Notes: a model not told the origin generated them from the letters alone. A stretch of DNA of 64,000 nucleotides from Oscillospiraceae bacterium (GCA_015065215.1 SVQT01000002.1:29595-93594); one strand, 5' to 3'. Positions 43,514-53,530 are shown, numbered from the stretch's first letter. A program made the numbers and translations.

Positions 43514-44637
43514 GGCATGTTCTCCTGGTTTCTTGGCATTCCCGCCAGATATAACGCGCCCTGGGCCATTGAGGTTTCGCAAACCGAAAGGATATAATGG
43601 CGGGGCTCCTTTTTTAAATATTCCTCAAGGATCGGTAGGATATATTGGCGGTTGGCAAAGACCAGTCCGCCACACAAAACCACCCGAACGGGATCGGTTT
43701 TTACCTGTTTTGCGGCACCGACGATCAGTTTAGCCACCTCTTGCATATGATGGTGCAAGATCGCTATCGCCACGGCATCTTTTTTCGCGAGCGCGGTGAA
43801 GAGCAGGGGCGCATATCCGGCGATGAGCGCTTTGCCGCCCTCATAAAAGCTGCCCAGCTTTTCTAATACTGTTTTGCCGTTACATTGCTTTTTTACAAGG
43901 TCGTAGAGTAGGGTATCGGCGCCGCTGCCGTCCTCGTAGTGTAGCGCCGCCGCAATGACGTCACGCCCCAGGGCAAAGCCGCTGCCGGCATCCCCCAGCA
44001 GATAGCCGTAGCCGCCAAAGCGATGTTGTCTGCCCTCCTGCTGGGCAAAGGCGATCGAGCCGGTACCCATGATCACGGCAACTCCGTTTTCTGTGCCCAA
44101 TCCTGCCGAAATCGCATTGTGGGCATCACTGCCGCATTGCACCGACAAAAATCCGAAGCGGGATAAAAAGGCCTGTAGCATTTCGGTGTTTCCTGCCGTG
44201 CCACCACCGGCGAGCCCCGCAAAAACCGAGATGCAGTGTAGCGGTTGTTCATCGCAGATCTCCAAAATACCCTTGCGGAGCAGTTCCTTTGCGGCGTCCG
44301 CGCCGATGTCGTTGGGATTGGAGCGCCCCAGCACCAAGCGGCGCAGGATCTCCCCTTTGCCGTCGGCCAATAAAAATTCGGTCTTGGTACCGCCGCCGTC
44401 AATGCCGAGAAAGAGGGGGCGCTGCACCGGCTCTCGCATCAGCTCGTCCAGCGTGACCTCCAGCGCCCGTGCAAGACGGGGCAGAATGGCGGTAGGAGGC
44501 AGACCCTTGCCGCTCTCCCATTTGCTGATCGCCTTTTCCGAGTAGCCCAGCCGCTCGCCCAGCTGTAGCTGGGTCATGTGTAACACCTTGCGCCGTCCCT
44601 TGATGTTGGCGGCAAGAATCGCCGCTACATGATTCAT
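43507..44637 (-). CDS. fusion: XRE-type HTH + BadF/BadG/BcrA/BcrD-type sugar kinase (GlcNAc/MurNAc kinase-like)
   Basis: N-terminal part is LHMTQLQLGERLGYSEKAISKWESGKGLP. The kinase fold follows, with LGIDGGGTKTEF and GTGSIAF. RBS is GGAGG. The 3' end overlaps the murQ start by 7 nt. Confidence 0.78.
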   Translation of the reverse strand: MNHVAAILAANIKGRRKVLHMTQLQLGERLGYSEKAISKWESGKGLPPTAILPRLARALEVTLDELMREPVQRPLFLGIDGGGTKTEFLLADGKGEILRRLVLGRSNPNDIGADAAKELLRKGILEICDEQPLHCISVFAGLAGGGTAGNTEMLQAFLSRFGFLSVQCGSDAHNAISAGLGTENGVAVIMGTGSIAFAQQEGRQHRFGGYGYLLGDAGSGFALGRDVIAAALHYEDGSGADTLLYDLVKKQCNGKTVLEKLGSFYEGGKALIAGYAPLLFTALAKKDAVAIAILHHHMQEVAKLIVGAAKQVKTDPVRVVLCGGLVFANRQYILPILEEYLKKEPRHYILSVCETSMAQGALYLAGMPRNQENMPC

Positions 44638-44667
44638 ATCATTGCCTCCGTTTTAAGTTTTGTCCTT

Positions 44668-44696
44668 ATTATACAGCAAAAAAGCCCGTTTTTCAA
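44668..44696 (-). promoter_or_regulatory. sigma-A promoter of the kinase-murQ operon
   Basis: Minus strand reads TTGAAA, 17 nt, TATAAT. Confidence 0.65.
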
Positions 44697-44720
44697 CCTA
44701 TGCTTTGTGGAAAAAACAAC

Positions 44721-44786
44721 AAAACTCTACGCACAGTAGAGTTTTGCCTTAAAAAATACCGCAGACACAGCTGTGTCTGCGGTATT
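44721..44786 (-). terminator. two tandem terminator hairpins after ppdK
   Basis: AATACCGCAGACACAG/CTGTGTCTGCGGTATT and AAAACTCTAC/GTAGAGTTTT, each followed by a T-run on the minus strand. Confidence 0.8.
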
Positions 44787-44806
44787 TGTATAGATCCTTA
44801 TTCGAA

Positions 44807-47431
44807 TCAGCCCTTGATAGCAGCCTGAGCAGCAGCCAAACGAGCGATCGGAACACGGAAGGGAGAGCAGGAAACATAGTCAAGACCGAGGCTATGGCAG
44901 AATTCCACAGATGTGGGATCGCCACCGTGCTCGCCGCAGATACCGACGTGCAGCTTCTTGTTGTTCTCGCGGCCCATCTTGATGGCCATGTCCATGAGCT
45001 TGCCGACACCGGTCTGGTCAAGCTTTGCGAAGGGATCGTTCTCGAAGATCTTGGCATCGTAGTAAGCGGAGAGGAACTTGCCTGCGTCGTCACGGGAGAA
45101 GCCGTAGGTCATCTGGGTCAGGTCGTTGGTGCCGAAGCAGAAGAAGTCAGCGTTCTGAGCGATCTCGTCAGCGGTGAGGCATGCACGAGGAATCTCGATC
45201 ATGGTGCCAACCTCGTAGTCCAGTTTCACGCCGGCAGCGGCGATCTCAGCGTCAGCGGTCGCGACCACAACAGCCTTCACGTACTTGAGCTCCTTGACGT
45301 CGCCAACCAGAGGAATCATGATCTCGGGAACCACCTTCCAGTCAGCGTGCTTCTTCTGAACGTTGATAGCGGCACGGATGACAGCGGCAGTCTGCATCTT
45401 GGCGATCTCAGGATAGGTGACAGCCAGACGGCAGCCACGGTGACCCATCATGGGGTTGAACTCGTGCAGAGAAGCGATGATAGCCTTGATGTCCTCAACG
45501 CTCTTGCCCTGGGTCTTGGCCAGCAGAGCAATATCCTCCTCAGTGGTAGGAACGAACTCGTGCAGGGGGGGATCCAGGAAACGGATGCAAACGGGAGTGC
45601 CCTCAAGTGCCTCATACAGCTTCTCGAAGTCGCCCTGCTGATAGGGCAGGATCTTTTCAAGAGCTGCCTCGCGCTCCTTGGCGGTATCGGCGCAGATCAT
45701 CTCACGGAAGGCGGCGATACGGTCAGCCTCAAAGAACATGTGCTCGGTGCGGCACAGACCAATGCCCTCAGCGCCGAGCTCTCTTGCCTTCTTGGCGTCG
45801 GTGGGGGTATCGGCGTTGGTGCGAACCTTCAGGGTGCGGTACTTGTCAGCCCAAGCCATGATGGTGCCGAAGTTACCGGAGATCTCGGCATCAACGGTGG
45901 GGATGAGACCGTCATAAATGTTACCGGTGGAGCCGTCGATGGAGATGTAGTCGCCCTCAACGTAGGTCTTGCCGGCCAGAGTGAACTTCTTGTTTTCCTC
46001 GTCCATAGCGATCTCGCCACAGCCGGAAACGCAGCACTTACCCATACCGCGGGCAACAACAGCCGCGTGAGAGGTCATACCGCCGCGGACGGTCAGGATG
46101 CCCTGAGCGGCCTTCATACCGGTGATGTCCTCGGGAGAGGTCTCCAAACGAACCAGAACGACCTTCTTGCCGGCGTTGTTCCAGGTCTCAGCATCCTCAG
46201 CGGAGAAGACGACCTGGCCGCAAGCGGCACCGGGAGAAGCGCCCAAACCGCGACCGATGGGGGTAGCGGCCTTCAGAGCCTTCGCGTTGAACTGGGGATG
46301 AAGCAGGGTGTCGAGGTTGCGGGGGTCGATCATCAAAACGGCCTCCTGCTCGGTCTTGTGACCCTCGGCAACCAGGTCAACAGCGATCTGGAGAGCGGCC
46401 TGCGCGGTACGCTTGCCGTTACGGGTCTGGAGCATAAAGAGCTTGCCGTGCTCAACGGTGAACTCCATGTCCTGCATATCGTGATAGTGGTTCTCAAGGA
46501 TCGAGCAAACCTCTACGAACTGCTTGTAAGCCTCGGGGAATTTCTCAGCCATCTGAGCGATGGGCATGGGGGTACGAACGCCTGCTACAACGTCCTCGCC
46601 CTGCGCGTTGGTCAGGAACTCACCCATCATCTTCTTCTCGCCGGTGGCGGGGTCACGGGTGAAGGCAACACCGGTGCCGCAGTCGTCGCCCATGTTACCA
46701 AATGCCATTGCCTGTACGTTTACAGCGGTGCCCCAGCTGTAGGGAATGTCGTTGTCGCGGCGGTAAACGTTCGCGCGGGGGTTGTCCCAAGAGCGGAATA
46801 CGGCCTTGACGGCGCCCATGAGCTGCTCCTTGGGGTCGGAGGGGAAGTCCTGACCGATCTTAGCCTTGTACTCAGCCTTGAACTGCTCAGCCAGCTCCTT
46901 GAGGTCGTCAGCGGTCAGCTCAACATCCAGCTTCACACCCTTTTCTTCCTTCATCTTGTCGATGAGCTCCTCAAAGTACTTCTTACCAACTTCCATAACC
47001 ACGTCGGAGTACATTTGGATGAAGCGGCGGTAGCAGTCGTAAGCCCAACGGGCGTTGCCGGACTTTTCGGCCATAACCTTTACAACGTCTTCATTCAGAC
47101 CCAGGTTCAGGATGGTGTCCATCATGCCGGGCATAGACGCGCGAGCGCCGGAACGAACAGAAACGAGCAGGGGATTTTCCTTGTCACCGAACTTCTTGCC
47201 GGTAACCGCTTCCATCTTTACGATGTAGTCGTTGATTTCAGCCTGGATCTCGGGGTTGATCTGCTTGCCATCCTCATAGTACTTGGTGCAGGCTTCGGTG
47301 CTAATGGTAAAGCCCTGAGGAACGGGGAGACCGATATTGGTCATCTCTGCGAGGTTGGCGCCCTTGCCGCCGAGGATCTCGCGCATGTTTGCGTTGCCTT
47401 CAGTGAAAAGGTAGCAATACTTTTTTGCCAT
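44807..47431 (-). CDS. ppdK: pyruvate, phosphate dikinase
   Basis: 874 aa. GGKGANLAEM is the ATP-grasp N-terminus, GGMTSHAAVVARG is the phosphohistidine motif, and a PEP-utilising TIM barrel forms the C-terminus. Confidence 0.97.
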   Translation of the reverse strand: MAKKYCYLFTEGNANMREILGGKGANLAEMTNIGLPVPQGFTISTEACTKYYEDGKQINPEIQAEINDYIVKMEAVTGKKFGDKENPLLVSVRSGARASMPGMMDTILNLGLNEDVVKVMAEKSGNARWAYDCYRRFIQMYSDVVMEVGKKYFEELIDKMKEEKGVKLDVELTADDLKELAEQFKAEYKAKIGQDFPSDPKEQLMGAVKAVFRSWDNPRANVYRRDNDIPYSWGTAVNVQAMAFGNMGDDCGTGVAFTRDPATGEKKMMGEFLTNAQGEDVVAGVRTPMPIAQMAEKFPEAYKQFVEVCSILENHYHDMQDMEFTVEHGKLFMLQTRNGKRTAQAALQIAVDLVAEGHKTEQEAVLMIDPRNLDTLLHPQFNAKALKAATPIGRGLGASPGAACGQVVFSAEDAETWNNAGKKVVLVRLETSPEDITGMKAAQGILTVRGGMTSHAAVVARGMGKCCVSGCGEIAMDEENKKFTLAGKTYVEGDYISIDGSTGNIYDGLIPTVDAEISGNFGTIMAWADKYRTLKVRTNADTPTDAKKARELGAEGIGLCRTEHMFFEADRIAAFREMICADTAKEREAALEKILPYQQGDFEKLYEALEGTPVCIRFLDPPLHEFVPTTEEDIALLAKTQGKSVEDIKAIIASLHEFNPMMGHRGCRLAVTYPEIAKMQTAAVIRAAINVQKKHADWKVVPEIMIPLVGDVKELKYVKAVVVATADAEIAAAGVKLDYEVGTMIEIPRACLTADEIAQNADFFCFGTNDLTQMTYGFSRDDAGKFLSAYYDAKIFENDPFAKLDQTGVGKLMDMAIKMGRENNKKLHVGICGEHGGDPTSVEFCHSLGLDYVSCSPFRVPIARLAAAQAAIKG

Positions 47432-47507
47432 GTTACAAAATACCTCCGGTAAATTTATTTTCCTGATTTAACGATCGCGCGGACAAAAATCCGCACGCCA
47501 CTCAAGT

Positions 47508-47536
47508 ATTATATCATATAATGAACAAAAGTACAA
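47508..47536 (-). promoter_or_regulatory. sigma-A promoter of ppdK
   Basis: Minus strand reads TTGTAC, 17 nt, TATAAT, with extended -10 TGa. Confidence 0.6.
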
Positions 47537-47594
47537 GTCTTTTTTTGAAAAAAACGGTAAGATTGGCAATTTTTCTTAAAACTGACAAAGGAAA

Positions 47595-47623
47595 TTGACA
47601 AAACGCGGTTTGCGGTGTATAAT
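47595..47623 (+). promoter_or_regulatory. sigma-A promoter of pth-mfd
   Basis: TTGACA (47595-47600), 17 nt, TATAAT (47618-47623). Confidence 0.75.
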
Positions 47624-47706
47624 AGTGACAAATAAATAACAATCGTCGGCGCATTTTATGCGGCGGCGTTTGTGTGCTTGCTCTGTTTTGGGCAAAAGGA
47701 GACCTT

Positions 47707-48339
47707 ATGGCAAATATTTTTGATCTGTTTAAAAAAATCGAAAGCCGCCCGCCCGCGCCGGCCGGACCTGTCACCCACATGATCGTGGGGCTGGGCAATC
47801 CGGGTGCGCAATATACGCTCACCCGCCATAACGCTGGCTTTCTCGCATTGGACCGCATTGCCGAGAAGCTGGGCGTTTGCGTTGACCGCGCCCGTTTTCG
47901 CGCCCTGACGGGTGAGGCAACCTTTGCCGGGCGGCATGTGCTTTTGATGAAGCCGCAGACCTTTATGAATCTATCCGGAGAGGCGGTTCGGGAAGCGGCG
48001 GCGTTCTATAAGCTTTCCCCCGAAAACGTGATCGTCATTTCGGATGACGTGAATTTTGACGTAGGGCGTATTCGCGTTCGCGCCAAGGGCAGTGACGGCG
48101 GTCACAACGGTATCAAAAATATTATTTACCAGCTGCAATCCGACCAATTTCCGCGGGTGCGCCTTGGGGTTGGTGTAAAACCCCATCCGGACTACGATCT
48201 TGCCGATTGGGTGCTGGCGCCCTTTCCAAAAGAGGCGGCAGAAGCGCTGAACGCCGCGTTGGAGAAGATCTATACAGGCATCGAGCTGATCCTGAAGGGG
48301 GATCTCCCCGGCGCTATGCAAGTATGCAACGGGAAGTGA
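47707..48339 (+). CDS. pth: peptidyl-tRNA hydrolase
   Basis: MIVGLGNPGAQYTLTRHNAGF. Start is ATG 47707 after AAAGGAGA. Confidence 0.93.
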   Translation: MANIFDLFKKIESRPPAPAGPVTHMIVGLGNPGAQYTLTRHNAGFLALDRIAEKLGVCVDRARFRALTGEATFAGRHVLLMKPQTFMNLSGEAVREAAAFYKLSPENVIVISDDVNFDVGRIRVRAKGSDGGHNGIKNIIYQLQSDQFPRVRLGVGVKPHPDYDLADWVLAPFPKEAAEALNAALEKIYTGIELILKGDLPGAMQVCNGK

Positions 48340-48343
48340 TGCC

Positions 48344-51300
48344 ATGCTGATCCGATCCTGTATGCAAGCCGACGGGGAGTACCGTCAACTGTCGGAAAAT
48401 CTCGCCAAAGCCTTTGGAGACCGCTCCCTGCCTTTTGCCGCGAGCGGCCTTTGTGACGGGGCGGCAAATGCCTTGATCCTTTCCTTGCTCACCGATCTCA
48501 AACAGGTGCGAGGGGGGGCGGCGCTCTGCGTGCTCTCCGAGGAAAAGGAATGCGCCAAATTGCAAGGTTTTTTGGAGCAATACGGTATCCGTGTCGCGTT
48601 TTTCGCGGCACGTGATCTGACTTTTTATAACATTACCGCCTCTCACGAGTATGAGCATGAGCGGCTGCGGGTGCTTTGCGGATTGCGGCGCGGCGATTTT
48701 GACGTGATCCTGACCACACCGGACGCGGCGCTGGGCTATACCATCTCCGCCGAGCGCTTGGAGAAAAATACCATTCGCTTGGATAGTGCCTCGGTGTTAG
48801 AAATGTCTGTTCTGACGGCACGCCTGACCGCCGCCGGCTATACCCGTGTGGATATGGTGGAGGGGGCGGGACAATTTGCCGTGCGTGGTGGCATTATTGA
48901 TATTTTCGCGCCCCATCTGAGGGCTTTATCCGCTGACAACCGCATGGTGACCGGCATGGCGCCTTTGCGTATTGAGCTGTTTGGGGATGAGATTGATCGC
49001 ATGGGGATTTTTGATGTTGAGAGCCAACGGATTCATACCGTTGTCACGGATTGCGAGATCCCGCCTGCCCGTGAGGTGCTGGTGGATGCCAGCGCCCGCG
49101 CCGCCGTCCGTGAAGCGGTGGCGGCAAAATTGGCCAAGGTGACAGACGAACGCGCCGCCGAGGAGCTGCGCGGTGAGCTTGCTGAGATCGACGGAGGCGG
49201 GGAGCTGCGTTTCGCGGATAAATATCTGACGCTGATCGACCCGGCAAGAGAGTGTCTTTTGTCTTATTTCCCACCCCGTTCGCTGACTTTTTTGCGGGGA
49301 ACCAATGCCATAAATGACCGCTTGAAGGCATCGCAGTGGCACCGTGAGCGGGCCATAGAGGAATTGATGGAGGCGGGAACTGTCTCCGGCCGCTATGCGG
49401 ATTACAGCAAACCGGAAAGCGCTTTTTTTGCCTATCTCGCCCAAGCGGTTACACTGCATGTGGATTCGATCGCGGAAGGGCTTTCCGGCAAAAAGCTTGC
49501 CGGCCTTTATGGCTTCCGTTCTCGCCATACCCCCGCCTACGGAGAGAGATTTGAACTGCTGGAAGAGGATATTGGCAACTATTTGAATACCCGTTGGCGG
49601 GTGATTCTGGTGGCCGAAAACGAGACCTCCGCCAAAGCTGTCAAGGCCTTATTGGAGGAGCATGGCCATTTGGTACGCGTACAGCGGGACGGTGAGGACG
49701 AGCTGCCGCAACCGGGTGAGATATTGATCGAATGGCAGGAGCCGACCCTGGGCTTTGAGCTGCCTTTGGCACGCACGGCGGTACTGTCGCTTTCGACTGA
49801 GCAGCGTGCCGGCGGGCTTGCCGCGGCGGGACGTATCCGCCATGCCAAAAAGAAAAAGGATGCCAAACGCGCCATTCTTTCCTATGCGGAGCTGGAGCCG
49901 GGGGATCTGGTGGTTCACGAGGCGCATGGTATCGGTCGCTATGTGGGGCTGGAGACCCTGACCATAGACGGTGTTACCAAGGATTATATCAGCATCCAAT
50001 ACGCGGGCTCAGACCAGCTGTTCCTGCCTTGCGACCGTCTGGACGCGGTATCCAAATACATCGGCGCGCACGCCGATGACGGTATGGTGAAGCTCTCCCG
50101 CTTTGGGGGCGGCGAATGGAAAAAGGCCAAGGCACGGGCCAAGACCGCCGTGAAGGATATGGCCAAGGATCTGATCCGCCTGTATGCCGAGCGTGAGCGA
50201 AGAGCCGGGTTTGCCTTTCCCCCGGATGACGCGTATCAGCGGGATTTTGAGGCTGCCTTTGCGTATGAGGAGACCGAGGGGCAAATCGCCGCCGCCGAGG
50301 AGATCAAGCAGGATATGATGAGCGTCACCCCGATGGACAGACTGCTTTGCGGTGATGTTGGCTTTGGCAAAACCGAGGTGGCGCTCCGTGCCGCCTATAA
50401 AGCGATCCTGGCAGGCAAGCAGGTGGCCATTTTGGTGCCTACCACCATTCTTGCCATGCAGCATTTCCGCACCATTCAATCCCGTATGCGGGCGTTTGCG
50501 GTGCGCGCGGATATGCTCTCCCGCTTCAGAACTCCCAAAGAGCAGCAGCAGTCGCTTGCCCGGCTGGCCCGCGGTGACACCGACATCATTGTGGGCACGC
50601 ATCGCCTTGTTTCCGCTGACGTAAGCTTCAAAAATTTGGGGCTCTTGATCGTGGATGAGGAGCAGCGCTTTGGCGTGGCGCAAAAAGAGAAAATCAAGCA
50701 GATGGCGGGGAATGTAGATGTGCTGACTCTGACGGCGACCCCCATCCCCAGAACCCTGAATATGGCCATGAGCGGCATCCGTGATATTTCGATTTTGGAT
50801 GAGGCACCCGGAGACCGCTTACCGGTGCAGACCTATGTGCTGGAGGATGATGATCTGATCATCGAGGAGGCGATCCGCCGTGAGCTGCGCCGTGGCGGAC
50901 AGGTTTTTTATTTGCACAACGCGGTGGAAAGCATCCATACGGTAGCGGCAAGGCTATCCCGGGAAATTCCCGAGGCACGGATCGCTGTTGCCCACGGACA
51001 AATGGACAAGGAAACGCTGGAGCGGATCTGGGGCGATATGATTACCGGTGAGACCGATATTTTGGTCAGCACCACCATCATTGAGACAGGTGTCGACGTC
51101 CCAAACGCCAATACCCTGATCGTAGATAACGCGCACCGTCTGGGGCTTTCTCAGCTGCACCAGCTCCGCGGGCGTGTGGGGCGCTCTCCCCGGCGGGCTT
51201 ATGCCTATTTCACTTACCCCCGGGGGCGTGCCTTGGGCGATGTACAGCGCAAGCGGCTGGAGGCGATCCGGGAATATGCTGAGTTTGGCGCCGGCTTTCG

Positions 51301-51916
51301 CATCGCGCTGCGCGATCTGGAGCTGCGCGGCGCCGGTAATTTGCTGGGTGCCGAGCAACACGGCCATCTGGATGCGGTGGGCTATGACCTTTATGTGAAG
51401 CTGCTAAATGAGGCGGTTTTGACAGAAAAGGGGGAAACGGTAACCGAAAAGGCGGAATGCGTGGTGTCGCTTTCCTATGACGCCAACTTGCCGGAACGGT
51501 ATGTGAAATCCGCCAATCAGCGCATGTCGCTGTACAAGCGGATTTCGCTGATTGCCAGCCGTTACGATATGAGCGATATGACCGATGAATTGCTTGACCG
51601 CTATGGCGATCTGCCCAAGGCTGCATCCAATCTGCTACGGATCGCGCTCATTCGCTCGCTGGCGCAAAATTGCGGCATTACCCAGATCCGGCAGGACGGC
51701 GCCGATGTGCATATCGGCGCGCCCCAGCTGGATGTGGAAATCTGGATGGAGCTTGCCAATCGCTTCCCCGGAAAAATGCGCATGATGCTCTCCGCCAGTC
51801 CGTATATCCGCTATCATATTGAGAAAAAGACCGCGGCGCTGGAGGATCTGATCGAGCTTTTTCTTGCGTATGGCCAGATTGCCGAAGACAGAAAAAAGAA
51901 AACGGTAGACAAATAA
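48344..51916 (+). CDS. mfd: transcription-repair coupling factor
   Basis: 1190 aa with helicase motifs GDVGFGKTEV and VDEEQRFG, a TRG region, and the conserved pth-mfd order. Confidence 0.96.
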   Translation: MLIRSCMQADGEYRQLSENLAKAFGDRSLPFAASGLCDGAANALILSLLTDLKQVRGGAALCVLSEEKECAKLQGFLEQYGIRVAFFAARDLTFYNITASHEYEHERLRVLCGLRRGDFDVILTTPDAALGYTISAERLEKNTIRLDSASVLEMSVLTARLTAAGYTRVDMVEGAGQFAVRGGIIDIFAPHLRALSADNRMVTGMAPLRIELFGDEIDRMGIFDVESQRIHTVVTDCEIPPAREVLVDASARAAVREAVAAKLAKVTDERAAEELRGELAEIDGGGELRFADKYLTLIDPARECLLSYFPPRSLTFLRGTNAINDRLKASQWHRERAIEELMEAGTVSGRYADYSKPESAFFAYLAQAVTLHVDSIAEGLSGKKLAGLYGFRSRHTPAYGERFELLEEDIGNYLNTRWRVILVAENETSAKAVKALLEEHGHLVRVQRDGEDELPQPGEILIEWQEPTLGFELPLARTAVLSLSTEQRAGGLAAAGRIRHAKKKKDAKRAILSYAELEPGDLVVHEAHGIGRYVGLETLTIDGVTKDYISIQYAGSDQLFLPCDRLDAVSKYIGAHADDGMVKLSRFGGGEWKKAKARAKTAVKDMAKDLIRLYAERERRAGFAFPPDDAYQRDFEAAFAYEETEGQIAAAEEIKQDMMSVTPMDRLLCGDVGFGKTEVALRAAYKAILAGKQVAILVPTTILAMQHFRTIQSRMRAFAVRADMLSRFRTPKEQQQSLARLARGDTDIIVGTHRLVSADVSFKNLGLLIVDEEQRFGVAQKEKIKQMAGNVDVLTLTATPIPRTLNMAMSGIRDISILDEAPGDRLPVQTYVLEDDDLIIEEAIRRELRRGGQVFYLHNAVESIHTVAARLSREIPEARIAVAHGQMDKETLERIWGDMITGETDILVSTTIIETGVDVPNANTLIVDNAHRLGLSQLHQLRGRVGRSPRRAYAYFTYPRGRALGDVQRKRLEAIREYAEFGAGFRIALRDLELRGAGNLLGAEQHGHLDAVGYDLYVKLLNEAVLTEKGETVTEKAECVVSLSYDANLPERYVKSANQRMSLYKRISLIASRYDMSDMTDELLDRYGDLPKAASNLLRIALIRSLAQNCGITQIRQDGADVHIGAPQLDVEIWMELANRFPGKMRMMLSASPYIRYHIEKKTAALEDLIELFLAYGQIAEDRKKKTVDK

Positions 51917-51980
51917 AGGTTTTTGTGTTACAATAGGATGACTGCTTGATACGATCGAAAAAACCGAAAAGGATGTTAAG

Positions 51981-53453
51981 ATGAAAAAGAAACTCATTTC
52001 GCTTTTGGCTTGCTTGCTTGTTGCATTGCTGTTGCTTGCCGGCTGCGCCTCTCACGGAAAAACCTTGATCACCGCGGGAGATGAAAAAATCTCGGTCAAT
52101 GTGTTCCAGCTCTATCTTTCCCGTATGAAGGGGACCTTGGCGGCGGCGAATTACCCCGTCAATGACGAAACCTTTTGGGCAACCTATGTGGATTTGAACA
52201 ACCAGACCCAAAACGAATACTTTACCAATCAGGTTTTCGAGGGGCTCCGTCAAATTGCCGCCGCGCTGGTTCTGTATGATGAGCTTGGCCTGCGGCTTGA
52301 TAAAAGTGAGGAGGATGCCATTGACGCCTGGATCGACGAGCTGATCGAGGAGGTCGGCGGCGGCTCCAAGAGCCAGCTCAACTCCATATTGGCCGCCTAT
52401 GGCGCCAATGTGACGGTATTGAAGGATGCCGCTATCATTGAGGCGAAGATCGCTCAGCTCAAGGATCATTTGTATGGCGAGAACGGGGCGCTCATCTCGG
52501 AAACAGTCAAGGAGCAATTTTATCAGGATACCTATTACCGCGGCCAGCAAATGCTGATCGCCAACTACTATCACGATCACGAAAAAGACGGCGACGGCCG
52601 CATGCGCTACTATCAGACCGACGAAGATGGCCATTTGAAGGCGCAGATCGCTTATGATACCGAGAAAGGGACCGCCACCGCCGAACAGGATAAAAACGGC
52701 GATACCGTTTACCGCAAGCTGGCCGATGCCATTGCCTATGATACGGTCAATGGCGAGATTGCCTATGAGACGGTGGACGGATTGCAGATAAAGCGCCGTG
52801 ACGAAGCGGGCGACGTGATCTATTTGACACAGGACGGCAGGATCGCTTACGATACCGTGAACGGTAAGATGACCGAGGAGGTGGACGAGCACGGCGATGC
52901 CGTTTACAAAAAATGGATCATCGCTTATGATACCAAAAATGGCGCCCCGAAGTATTACTATGATGCCAAAGGGAAAAATAAAATCGCTTATTACAGCCCC
53001 GATGAAATGGAAAAGCGATTGCTTGTGGCTGAAAGGATCGCTAAGGATTGCAAAGGCAAAGAGGCGCTCTTTGCGGAGTATATGAAGGAGTTTAGCGACA
53101 ACCTTTCCTTCAATGAGAACTTTGCCCCCAACGGCATGTATTTCTCGGCAGGTACCTACACCACCGATACGGTCTTCTACACCTTCTCAACCGAATTGGC
53201 AAAGCTGGAAATCGGTGATCTGGTGATTTTGGAGGATCCTGAGGCGGGCTACTATATTTTGATGCGCACCGCGTTGGATACCGGCGCCTGGGCAAAGGAA
53301 GAAAATAAGCGGTGGTTCGGTACGCTTCCCGGTTTGGTGGTGGAGTATATGCTTCAGCAACGTACCGCGTCCTATCTGGAGCAGGTCACCTTTGATGAGG
53401 CGCTTAAGAAAACCGTTGATATTACAATGGTTGCCGCCAATAATTACTATTAA
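51981..53453 (+). CDS. lipoprotein with SurA/PrsA-like position and internal IAYDT repeats
   Basis: Signal peptide with lipobox LLAGC. It sits downstream of mfd, where Firmicutes often carry a PrsA-like chaperone. I could not recognise a parvulin motif. Confidence 0.6.
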   Translation: MKKKLISLLACLLVALLLLAGCASHGKTLITAGDEKISVNVFQLYLSRMKGTLAAANYPVNDETFWATYVDLNNQTQNEYFTNQVFEGLRQIAAALVLYDELGLRLDKSEEDAIDAWIDELIEEVGGGSKSQLNSILAAYGANVTVLKDAAIIEAKIAQLKDHLYGENGALISETVKEQFYQDTYYRGQQMLIANYYHDHEKDGDGRMRYYQTDEDGHLKAQIAYDTEKGTATAEQDKNGDTVYRKLADAIAYDTVNGEIAYETVDGLQIKRRDEAGDVIYLTQDGRIAYDTVNGKMTEEVDEHGDAVYKKWIIAYDTKNGAPKYYYDAKGKNKIAYYSPDEMEKRLLVAERIAKDCKGKEALFAEYMKEFSDNLSFNENFAPNGMYFSAGTYTTDTVFYTFSTELAKLEIGDLVILEDPEAGYYILMRTALDTGAWAKEENKRWFGTLPGLVVEYMLQQRTASYLEQVTFDEALKKTVDITMVAANNYY

Positions 53454-53487
53454 AGCAAGGGCCCGCGTAAAAATTTTCGTTTGGGGC

Positions 53488-53516
53488 TTGACAAACACTT
53501 GCCGCTGTATTATACT
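53488..53516 (+). promoter_or_regulatory. sigma-A promoter of the TPP riboswitch-thiT unit
   Basis: TTGACA (53488-53493), 17 nt, TATACT (53511-53516). Confidence 0.75.
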
Positions 53517-53530
53517 GTTGTCGAAAACCG

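Noticed and set aside
44786-47452. 888-aa + strand ORF, the longest after ftsK and mfd
   Set aside because: It lies exactly antisense to ppdK, which has unambiguous motifs. It has no RBS and a low-complexity Gly/Val/Leu/Ala composition. This is a typical shadow ORF of a gene with GC-rich third positions.
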